In this document: piece after piece, positions 26,692-34,405 of the stretch
How positions within the stretch are numbered: the first letter of the stretch is position 1
How the letters are laid out: each line of letters opens with the position of its first letter
Assembly: GCA_964427595.1 (NCBI GenBank)
Contig: CAYRUQ010000004.1
Coordinates: forward strand, 4,314 to 68,313
Direction of reading: 5' to 3'
Source of the DNA: an uncultured Clostridiaceae bacterium
GTDB taxonomy: Bacteria; Bacillota_I; Bacilli_A; RFN20; CAG-288
DNA: 64,000 nucleotides
The notes under the pieces: model-generated
The model's database searches: none
What the model was told of the DNA's origin: nothing
Seen by the model: only the letters and a program-made list of their open reading frames with translations
Position numbers and translations under genes: made by a program

Positions 26692-27771
26692 TTAATCTTT
26701 ATTTTTATGTGTGATTATCTCAGTTGCTTCAGCGTTACCACGATAGAAAGCTCTCTTTAAATGGAAGATGGCAGCTTTGTTCTCTTCATGTTCAAGATAA
26801 AAATGATAAAGCTCCATATCAATTTGGTCATCTTTCTTTGCTAACTTTTTTAAGATGGATAATCCTTCTTTTTGAGTCTCTTTATCCATCAAAAGTTCAT
26901 CCGCATATTTCTTGCCATCACCACCATTTTCATAACTTCTTTGGTAGAAACTGTAATAAGTGATATCTTCTTCACTTTTAGCGATATCACCTAGAAGCTC
27001 TAAAGCTTCTTTATCTTGACCTGCTCTTTCTAAATAGATTTTGGAAAGGGATTTTAAGAAAGGATCAGTACTAGTTAAACAAAGTTTACCAGCTAGCAGA
27101 TGACATTTTGGTTCTCCTAAATCTGACCCAACTCTGAATAACAAACGGGCCTTATCAAAATCTTGATGGTGGAATCTTTCATCAAAATAAGCTTGTCCTA
27201 GATAATAGAAACTCTCTTTTTCTTCCATACCATTCGCTTTAGTGAGGAGTTTCCAACCTTCTTCATTTTCTTCGTTTAGATAAATAAAACCTAGATAAGT
27301 GAAACACTTCTTATCTTCATTATTTAGTAAGAGCATCTGTTTGGCTTTTTCGTAATCTCTCTCACAACCTATCCCTTTGAAATAACACTCGCCTAGTTTG
27401 ACAGATGCTTTTTGTAAGCCTTCATCAAAAGCTTTTTGAAAACAAGAAAAGGCTTGGACATCATCTTTGCCATAAGGTTTTATCCCCTTTAGATAAAACA
27501 AGCCAATTAGATAAATAGCTTCCTCATCATTCTTCTTTCGTAATGAATTCAAATCGATGACTAGAGAGTAAGGAATCTCATCATTATTATCTGCAAGACA
27601 TAATCTTGCGTACATCAACACTTCATCTCTTCTTAAAACACTCTTTTTACCGAGAACAATCTTGTATCTCAGTCTTTCAAAAGCGCAAAGAGATAGAGCT
27701 TCTGGGCTAGAAGTCTCAGACTTCAACAACTCTTCCCCAGTTAAATAGATCTGATCATATATAGTAGACAC
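26692..27771 (-). CDS. Sel1-like (TPR-family) repeat protein
   Basis: Repeats of the type A..LGECYFKGIGCERDYEKAKQML. The ORF-track N-terminus (to 27969) runs antisense through tRNA-Phe. I prefer GTG 27771, 8 nt after AGGAG; ATG 27843 is an alternative. Confidence 0.6.
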   Translation of the reverse strand: MSTIYDQIYLTGEELLKSETSSPEALSLCAFERLRYKIVLGKKSVLRRDEVLMYARLCLADNNDEIPYSLVIDLNSLRKKNDEEAIYLIGLFYLKGIKPYGKDDVQAFSCFQKAFDEGLQKASVKLGECYFKGIGCERDYEKAKQMLLLNNEDKKCFTYLGFIYLNEENEEGWKLLTKANGMEEKESFYYLGQAYFDERFHHQDFDKARLLFRVGSDLGEPKCHLLAGKLCLTSTDPFLKSLSKIYLERAGQDKEALELLGDIAKSEEDITYYSFYQRSYENGGDGKKYADELLMDKETQKEGLSILKKLAKKDDQIDMELYHFYLEHEENKAAIFHLKRAFYRGNAEATEIITHKNKD

Positions 27772-27942
27772 GATATATTCTCCTCGCCTTATTCTAGGTA
27801 TTAAATTGCAAAGCCCAATTTTTCTGAACTCTATTAGTCCCATTTCAATACCAAAATAGTCCCTAAAAAATGTCAATTTGATTGCAAAGAAAAAACACTT
27901 GAAGTAAATCTTGCTGTGGTATAGAATAACAAGGCTTGTCAA

Positions 27943-28018
27943 GGCCCGATAGCTCAGTTGGCAGAGCAAAGGACTGAAAATCCTTGTGTCAGCAGTTCGA
28001 TTCTGCTTTGGGCCACCA
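27943..28018 (+). tRNA. tRNA-Phe (anticodon GAA), CCA encoded
   Basis: Manual cloverleaf: GGCCCGA/TTGGGCC acceptor, GCTC..GAGC D stem, anticodon loop CTGAAAA, T arm AGCAG-TTCGATT-CTGCT. 76 nt. Confidence 0.9.
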
Positions 28019-28031
28019 TCTTAAAAATATG

Positions 28032-28063
28032 TCTGACTGCTCCTAGGGCGGTCAGATTTTTTT
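28032..28063 (+). terminator. Intrinsic terminator after tRNA-Phe
   Basis: tctgac (28032-28037) pairs with gtcaga (28051-28056), followed by T7. Confidence 0.7.
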
Positions 28064-28133
28064 GTTTATTATCATATTTCGAAGAAGACCTTAGTCTATT
28101 TTGATAAAGCAAAGACTAGACGTTTTAGCCAGT

Positions 28134-28222
28134 AAACTTGCGGAAATTCAATATTCTGGGGTTATATATACCTGCGGAAATTCAATATTTAGCAATATCT
28201 AAACTTGCGGAAATTCAATATT
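28134..28222 (+). repeat. Three direct copies of TGCGGAAATTCAATATT (two extended to AAACTTGCGGAAATTCAATATT), spaced 34 and 33 bp
   Basis: The 17-mers start at 28139, 28173 and 28206. The third overlaps a plausible promoter TTGCGG-N18-TAAAAT for the downstream ATPase gene. Confidence 0.85.
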
Positions 28223-28252
28223 TGCTGTTAAAATCTCAAAGTAGAGGGGTGA

Positions 28253-29599
28253 ATGATGATATTTAAAAGAAAGATTTATAATCGTTTACTTGAATTTAAA
28301 AAGCAGAGAGGTAAATATTCTCTGCTGGTTGAAGGTGCTAGACGAATAGGAAAAACGACAACTCTTCGTGAATTTGCTAAAAATGAGTACGAGAGTTTTA
28401 TCTTTGTAGATTTTCAAGCTGATAAAAGAAAAGCAACTGAAGCTTTTGACGAACTACCAGACCTCGATTCTTTTTTTAGAGTTTTAATGCTTAATTACAA
28501 CACTCTTCTTGTTAAAGAAAAATCCCTAATTGTTTTTGATGAAGTTCAATTCTTTCCTAAAGCAAGAGAAGCTCTTAAACAATTAGTAGCTGATGGACGT
28601 TATGACTTTATAGCTACCGGATCACTTCTATCCATCAAAAGCAATGTTAAAGATATTCTTATTCCTAGTGAAGAAGAGAGAATATCGATGTATCCGATGG
28701 ATTTTGAAGAGTTTTGTCTTGCTACAGATAACGAACTTCTTTATTCCTATATCAGACAATGTTTTGAAGACAAGAAGCCTCTTTTAGAAACACAACACCA
28801 AAAAGCAATGAAATTATTCAGAACATATCTAGCTGTAGGAGGTATGCCACAAGCTGTAAATGATTATGTTGAAGGTCGTTCTTTTCAAGAGATTGATAAG
28901 ACAAAGCGAATGATTTTACAGCTTTATAAAGATGATTTAAAAAAGTTAGATACTCTCTACAAATATAGATGCGATGCTGTTTTAAGATTGCTTCCAAATG
29001 AACTTGAATCTCATTCTAGAATCTTTCGCACATCTAGAATCTTTCAAACTGATTCAGCAAGAAGGGTCAACACTTTCAATGCTATTGAAGATAGTAAGAT
29101 TGTCAATGTTTGCCGTTTCTTAGAACAACCGAGTATAGATTTCAATCAATATGCAGAAGAGAGCAAATTCAAACTCTATCTTGCTGATACCGGTCTATTA
29201 ACGACGATGATTTATCAAGACTCAGAAGCGCCATTAGAAGATGGAATTTACCATCGCTTGATAGCTGATAAACTCTCCACTAATGATGGAATGCTATATG
29301 AAAATGTAGTCGCTCAAGCATTTAAATCACAAGGAAGACAGTTGTACTACCATGCATTTCAAGATGAGAATAAACATCGCTATGAGCTTGATTTTCTTCT
29401 TAGAAGGGGCAAAAAGATTGTACCTGTAGAGGTTAAATCTTCGAGAAATATTCAACATACCTCTTTAGATAAATCGATGATTAAATATTCATCAATTTTT
29501 ATAAACCCAATTATTCTTTCATCTAAAAACTATACGAAATATGGCATTTATAATTATTTCCCTTTATATATGACTTCTTTGATTGCTGAAAAACTTTAG
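28253..29599 (+). CDS. AAA-superfamily ATPase of the DUF4143-containing type
   Basis: Walker A GARRIGKTT, Walker B IVFDEVQ, and C-terminal ELDFLL..VPVEVK (PD-(D/E)xK-like tail typical of this family). GAGGGG SD. Confidence 0.65.
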   Translation: MMIFKRKIYNRLLEFKKQRGKYSLLVEGARRIGKTTTLREFAKNEYESFIFVDFQADKRKATEAFDELPDLDSFFRVLMLNYNTLLVKEKSLIVFDEVQFFPKAREALKQLVADGRYDFIATGSLLSIKSNVKDILIPSEEERISMYPMDFEEFCLATDNELLYSYIRQCFEDKKPLLETQHQKAMKLFRTYLAVGGMPQAVNDYVEGRSFQEIDKTKRMILQLYKDDLKKLDTLYKYRCDAVLRLLPNELESHSRIFRTSRIFQTDSARRVNTFNAIEDSKIVNVCRFLEQPSIDFNQYAEESKFKLYLADTGLLTTMIYQDSEAPLEDGIYHRLIADKLSTNDGMLYENVVAQAFKSQGRQLYYHAFQDENKHRYELDFLLRRGKKIVPVEVKSSRNIQHTSLDKSMIKYSSIFINPIILSSKNYTKYGIYNYFPLYMTSLIAEKL

Positions 29600-29873
29600 T
29601 TTACATAACCGACTATAATATTTAAAACACTTGTTTGATCTTTTATAAAAATGGCAATTTCACATACTGAATTTTCTATTAAGAATGACAGGTTGATTAA
29701 TAGTATATAATCCAAATAAATTTCATTCTTTTCCAAAAGATAAAAAATTAGTCGCATAGATTACTAGTTTGATTGATTTTCTTAGAAAAAATTGGTTTTT
29801 AAAGTGTTTATAGGCTCAAACGATGAAAAAATAGCATTTTTCCCATATAATAAAAACAGGAGGAAGAAGGTGT

Positions 29874-30575
29874 ATGAAATCGAAGATGTATCAAGTTTCC
29901 ACGATGCAAGCTTTGATGATGGGAGATTACTTCGGCTGTATCAACATCAGAGAGATTTTGATGAAAGCCGATGTTGGTATTGGAATTTATGATTCTTTAG
30001 ATGGTGAAGCAATATTCTATAAAGGAAATGCCTATAGTTTCAGAGCAGATGGAACTAATTTGCCGGTGCTAACACCAGAAACACAACTCGCTTTCTTTAT
30101 CGGAGCAAAGTTTGATGATAGTGTTAAGAAAATCCCAGTCGCCTTCAACACCTATGCTGGTTTAAGAAAACAAGTATTAACTCATTTAGATAAAAACTAC
30201 TTTTATTTACTCACGATGGAAGGTCGTTTCACTCTCAAAACTAGATCTATTCCTAAACAAAAGAAACCATTTAAACCTTTTTATGAAGTCGTGGAACAAC
30301 AAGTGACATTCGATTATCAGGATGTCGATGGCGTTGTTGTCGGTTTCTATTGTCCAGATTATTTTGAGGGTATCAACTTTAAAGGATTCCACCTTCACTT
30401 CTTATCAAATGATTTAACTAAAGGCGGTCATATTTTAAAAATTGCTTCCAAGAAAGCGACGATCAGAATCAATAAGCTTACTACCTATCAACTTAGACTT
30501 CCTCAGGATAGTCTCTTCAACAGGATGAATTTGAATAAAGATCTCAGTGAACAGACGAAGAAAGCGGAAGGGTAA
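29874..30575 (+). CDS. alsD: Alpha-acetolactate decarboxylase
   Basis: MYQVSTMQALMMGDY, GIGIYDSLDGEAIF, GFHLHFLSNDLTKGGHIL. AGGAGG SD. No alsS nearby. Confidence 0.8.
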   Translation: MKSKMYQVSTMQALMMGDYFGCINIREILMKADVGIGIYDSLDGEAIFYKGNAYSFRADGTNLPVLTPETQLAFFIGAKFDDSVKKIPVAFNTYAGLRKQVLTHLDKNYFYLLTMEGRFTLKTRSIPKQKKPFKPFYEVVEQQVTFDYQDVDGVVVGFYCPDYFEGINFKGFHLHFLSNDLTKGGHILKIASKKATIRINKLTTYQLRLPQDSLFNRMNLNKDLSEQTKKAEG

Positions 30576-30694
30576 TAGCATCTAAATTTTCTTTAAGCAC
30601 TTTTAATAAAAGTTAATATACGTTTATAATTTACTTATAGTTGTTTCTTATCTATTTAGCAAAAAATTGTATGCATCTAGGAGGGAATACAGTT

Positions 30695-31156
30695 ATGGCA
30701 AAGAATAAAAACGCAAAAAAATTAGATTTGACTAACCTTGTTCAAGGCGTTTATTTAAATGAAGTCTCTTTTGGACAGCTTCATCTTCTTGATGAAGTCG
30801 CTTCTCCCTATGGTGGAGTTGAATACTTCTATAAAGGTAGAATTCATAAAGGTACCTTAAATCTTAGCAGTGGAGGGAGTGCTGAACACTTAATCCCTGC
30901 TCATAAACCTGAAGCTCATGGCTATACTCTTCAAGGCGAAGCGAGAAAATTGTTTGAAGCTACCAATGCTCTTACAGTCCAAGATGATAAGCAGGATTCC
31001 ACTTACATTTATATCAATCCTAAGAGCACTTTGAAGTATATCGGCAATCCTACCAAGGAATATGAGCTTTACATCAGAATCTTCAACGATTTCAACGCTC
31101 CTGCTACTTTGGCTGATGATAACCGTTGGGCCGTCATCTATGCTAAAGCCGCTTAA
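30695..31156 (+). CDS. Hypothetical protein
   Basis: Start moved to ATG 30695 (MAKNKN) after an AGGAGGG SD. No recognisable motif. Confidence 0.5.
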   Translation: MAKNKNAKKLDLTNLVQGVYLNEVSFGQLHLLDEVASPYGGVEYFYKGRIHKGTLNLSSGGSAEHLIPAHKPEAHGYTLQGEARKLFEATNALTVQDDKQDSTYIYINPKSTLKYIGNPTKEYELYIRIFNDFNAPATLADDNRWAVIYAKAA

Positions 31157-31212
31157 TTAAATTGGAATTCTACTAGATATCTCAAATAAAGAGATACTTT
31201 CAATAAAGCACT

Positions 31213-31244
31213 AAAAAAGCCTCGTTTTGTCGGCGAGGCTTTTA
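31213..31244. terminator. Bidirectional intrinsic terminator
   Basis: gcctcg (31219-31224) pairs with cgaggc (31234-31239). A6 upstream and T-run downstream, between convergent genes. Confidence 0.8.
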
Positions 31245-31254
31245 CTTTTAAGAA

Positions 31255-31395
31255 TTAATCAATCTGTTCGAATTGATCTTTTCCAACTCCACAAAGTGGG
31301 CAGATGTAATCATCGGGTATTTCGTCTTCTTCGGTCTCATAGACATAGCCACAGACCAAACAACGGAAATGGTGAATCTTCTTTTCTTCAGACAT
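31255..31395 (-). CDS. Rubredoxin (46 aa)
   Basis: CLVCGYVYE...[11 protein letters not shown] (two CxxCG knuckles). Start ATG 31395 after a GGAGG SD; the longer ORF-track N-terminus is rejected. Confidence 0.85.
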   Translation of the reverse strand: MSEEKKIHHFRCLVCGYVYETEEDEIPDDYICPLCGVGKDQFEQID

Positions 31396-31514
31396 ATTTT
31401 CTACCTCCACTGATATTTTAATCGTAAATAGAAAAGATGTCTTAATTATGCTCAAAAATATGCTTATATCATCTTGTCTTTTCAAGAGTATGAATATAGA
31501 ATACTTGCACAACT

Positions 31515-31558
31515 GGTGGGTCTACCCATGATACCCCACCTAAAACATTAACAGGGGG
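31515..31558 (+). promoter_or_regulatory. Candidate preQ1-I-type riboswitch controlling queT translation
   Basis: P1 GGUGGG (31515-20) pairs with CCCACC (31535-40). Loop UCUACCCAUGAUAC ends in C. A-rich tail CUAAAACAUUAACA is followed by GGGGG (the SD), which can pair with loop ACCC to form a pseudoknot. Resembles B. subtilis AGAGGUUCUAGCUACACCCUCUAUAAAAAACUAAGG. Putative promoter TTGTCT-N17-TAGAAT lies just upstream. Confidence 0.55.
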
Positions 31559-31566
31559 CTTTTTTA

Positions 31567-32148
31567 ATGGAAGAAGAGATTGAAAAAAAGACTATCAAAG
31601 AAAGACTGAAAGAGTATTTCAGTTGCTACAAACTGACGACAAGAGACATCGCTACTAACGCATTAGTCGGTGCTTTGTATGTTGCACTTACCTATGCATT
31701 TTATTGGTGTTCATACGGGATGATTCAATTCAGAATATCAGAGTTTCTGATGCTTTTAGTTTTCTTTAATCCTAACTATATCTATGGTCTTACTATCGGT
31801 TGCGTGCTTGCTAATATCTATTCGGTTACAGCCGGCCTTTCACCTTTAGATATGGTCTTTGGCTCACTAGCTACCCTTCTTGCTTGTCTTCTCATGTCTC
31901 CGATGAGACATCTGTTCTTCGCTAGCTTGATTCCTGCTTTGACTAATGGAGTCATCGTCGGAGCAGAACTGACTTTCTTGATTGAAGGAAGTGAAGTTGC
32001 TTTTTGGATCAACTTCGGTTGGGTCTTCTTAGGTGAGTTAGTAGTAGTCAGTATCTTCAGTTACACTTTGTTCATGATATTGATGAAGAAAAATAAGTCG
32101 TTTCCACATCTGATAAACGCTAAACGAAATCTTGATTTTAAGTTTTAG
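31567..32148 (+). CDS. queT: Queuosine-precursor transporter QueT (ECF S-component type)
   Basis: ALVGALYVALTYAF..SYGMIQFRISEFLMLLVFFNPNY..GCVLANIYS matches the QueT signature (YG.IQFRISE). Confidence 0.8.
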   Translation: MEEEIEKKTIKERLKEYFSCYKLTTRDIATNALVGALYVALTYAFYWCSYGMIQFRISEFLMLLVFFNPNYIYGLTIGCVLANIYSVTAGLSPLDMVFGSLATLLACLLMSPMRHLFFASLIPALTNGVIVGAELTFLIEGSEVAFWINFGWVFLGELVVVSIFSYTLFMILMKKNKSFPHLINAKRNLDFKF

Positions 32149-32254
32149 TTTGTTCGATGAATTTTTCCACACTTTCTTTTCTCAGTGAAAGGGAAAATTG
32201 ATATTTTGTCTTGTTGCGTTATAATTCAACTAGTAATAACTGGAAGGAAAGAAT

Positions 32255-32971
32255 ATGAGAGTTGCTATCGTCGATGACGAAGAGAAGGCAATTGAAGTTT
32301 TTGAAGGCTTTATTAGTCAGTATGCCGAAAAGAACAACCTAAGCTTTCATGTTGATAAATATAAAGATGGCTCAGCTTTTTTAGATAGTTATAACGGCGG
32401 TTATGACATCGTTTTTATGGATATAGCGATGCCTGGATTAAATGGTATCGAGACCGCTAGGAACATGCGTGAGATTGATTCAACAGTCATCTTGATATTC
32501 ATGACAAGTCTTGCTCAATATGCGATCAAAGGTTATGAGGTCGATGCTTTTGATTACTTAGTCAAACCGATAAGTTATGAACTCTTTTCGATCAAATTAG
32601 ATAAGTGTCGTTCGATACTGAAGAAGAGACAACCCAAAACTTTCTTGATCAAGAGCGCTACTGAAACCTATGTTGTTCCTTTTAATGACATCAAGTATGT
32701 GGAAAGTATCAAGCACTATCTCTTCTTCCACCTCTCTGATAAAGAGATTAAGATGAGAGGAACTTTAAACGATATTAAGGCTGAATTCATTAAAAACAAC
32801 TTTGTTGAAATCAATCGTTCTTTATTAGTTAATCTCTCTTTTGTCGACGGATATAATAACAGTGAAGTTATCGTCGCTGGTGAGACATTGCCACTGAGTA
32901 GGATTTATAAGACTGCTTTTCTTGATAAGTTGACAAGATTTATGGGGAGGGCAGTTCCTAGCGGAAGGTAA
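32255..32971 (+). CDS. LytTR-family response regulator
   Basis: Receiver domain (VAIVDDE, DIVFMDIAMPGLNG, K at LVKP) plus C-terminal LytTR DNA-binding domain (YVESIKHYLFFH..EINRSLLVNL). Confidence 0.9.
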   Translation: MRVAIVDDEEKAIEVFEGFISQYAEKNNLSFHVDKYKDGSAFLDSYNGGYDIVFMDIAMPGLNGIETARNMREIDSTVILIFMTSLAQYAIKGYEVDAFDYLVKPISYELFSIKLDKCRSILKKRQPKTFLIKSATETYVVPFNDIKYVESIKHYLFFHLSDKEIKMRGTLNDIKAEFIKNNFVEINRSLLVNLSFVDGYNNSEVIVAGETLPLSRIYKTAFLDKLTRFMGRAVPSGR

Positions 32972-32973
32972 AG

Positions 32974-34251
32974 ATGACTATTCAAGACATTTTTGCCATA
33001 CGTATCAACCATGGATATATTCTGCAGCTGTTTTTAGCTGAATGTCTTTTCTTTTTTCTTTTAAAGAAAAGAAATCACTTTGCCATCAGATTAGTAAGTA
33101 GTTTTACCGGATTTACTTTTTTATCCATCATTTTGACTAATGTCGTTTATTACTACTTGCCTGGTATGAATTCCTTTATCATTTTTCTTCTCTCACTCGT
33201 TTTAGGTGTCGTTTGTTTCCATAGTTTTAAAGATGTCTTATATTGTTTCATCGGTGCTCAACTGCTGCAAAACTTATCACATAATATCGAGATGGTCATC
33301 TATCTCCCATCTTCAGAAAATATCAATGACGCTGGTTGGTTTTTCCTTTCGGTTGGTGTGATGCTTATCGTCTATCTGCTAGCCTACTTCTTCCTAATTA
33401 AACAATATAATGGTAAAAAGCTGACCATTCAGAGATATAGTGTTGTTATCTTTGCTTTCTTAACATCATTGTTTTGTTATTTGATGCAGTACATGCTTGA
33501 GATTTATGAGATCAACACTATTTGGGTGACTTGTCTTCCTTTGCTCATGTGTGATGCTCTACTTATCTTCCTTTTGTTTGGCCTTCAAAACTACAAATGG
33601 AAGATTGATGAGAATGCTGAGTTAGAAAGATTCATAGCCAAAGAAGATGAACATTTCCAGTCTTTAACTGCCAATATTGATCTGATCAATATGAAAGCTC
33701 ATGATCTCAAACACTTCATTTTAGATTTGAGACACGGCAAGGATTTGGATGATAGTGAATTAGCTGATATTCAAGAAGCGGTGGAAGGATATGAACTTAA
33801 ACCAAACACCGGGTGCGCTCCTCTTGATGCTATCTTGGCTGAGAAGATGTATCTGTGTTCTAAATACAACATTCATCTTTCGTTATTAGTAGATGGTAAG
33901 GAACTCTCATTTCTGAAGAGAGGAGATATCGTCTCTGTCTTTGGAAACATACTCAGCAATGCAGTCGAATATGAGATGACTATCGAAGATAAAGAGAAGA
34001 GATATATCACTCTGAAAGTTCTTCGTATAGGAGAGATAATCTCCATCCATGCTGAGAACTACTTTGTTGATACATTGGAGTTTCAAGATAATCTTCCTTT
34101 GACTACTAAAGGAAGTCGAGATAAACACGGATATGGACTCAAATCCGTGAAATATATCGTTGAGAAACACATGGGACATTTGACGATTGGGAAAGTCAAA
34201 GATACCTTTTGCGTAGATATCATCATCCCTGTTCCTAAAGCTAAAAAATAG
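32974..34251 (+). CDS. AgrC/ComD-like (HPK10) membrane sensor histidine kinase
   Basis: About 6 N-terminal TM helices, H-box MKAHDLKHFILDL, N-box FGNILSNAVEY, G-box HGYGLKSVKYIVEKHMG. Confidence 0.85.
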   Translation: MTIQDIFAIRINHGYILQLFLAECLFFFLLKKRNHFAIRLVSSFTGFTFLSIILTNVVYYYLPGMNSFIIFLLSLVLGVVCFHSFKDVLYCFIGAQLLQNLSHNIEMVIYLPSSENINDAGWFFLSVGVMLIVYLLAYFFLIKQYNGKKLTIQRYSVVIFAFLTSLFCYLMQYMLEIYEINTIWVTCLPLLMCDALLIFLLFGLQNYKWKIDENAELERFIAKEDEHFQSLTANIDLINMKAHDLKHFILDLRHGKDLDDSELADIQEAVEGYELKPNTGCAPLDAILAEKMYLCSKYNIHLSLLVDGKELSFLKRGDIVSVFGNILSNAVEYEMTIEDKEKRYITLKVLRIGEIISIHAENYFVDTLEFQDNLPLTTKGSRDKHGYGLKSVKYIVEKHMGHLTIGKVKDTFCVDIIIPVPKAKK

Positions 34252-34259
34252 TAAAGCGC

Positions 34260-34294
34260 TATCAGTTTTTGCCTACTTTTTATCAGTTTTTGCC
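34260..34294 (+). promoter_or_regulatory. Two perfect 14-bp direct repeats TATCAGTTTTTGCC with 21-bp phasing (LytTR-box-like) upstream of the GH3 operon
   Basis: Repeats at 34260-34273 and 34281-34294, core CAGTT as in AgrA-type sites. Extended -10 TGCTAGACT at 34321-34329. Confidence 0.65.
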
Positions 34295-34405
34295 AAGTTA
34301 AATTTGAGAAACCGCTACCATGCTAGACTGATGCCAAGCTGAACGGGAGATTTTAACGTCTGTTTTAAATTCTCCTTATAAGGCAGATCTTACATGGAGG
34401 TTAAA

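Noticed and set aside
27772-27969. N-terminal ~66 residues of the 425-aa ORF (MLCQLSYRALTS...).
   Set aside because: This part is the reverse complement of tRNA-Phe and its promoter region. A GTG with a strong AGGAG SD at 27771 gives a sensible Sel1-repeat protein.
34330-34395. Imperfect hairpin GGAGATTTTA...TAAATTCTCC in the GH3 leader as a possible attenuator.
   Set aside because: The stem has a mismatch, there is no following U-run, and no alternative structure is evident.
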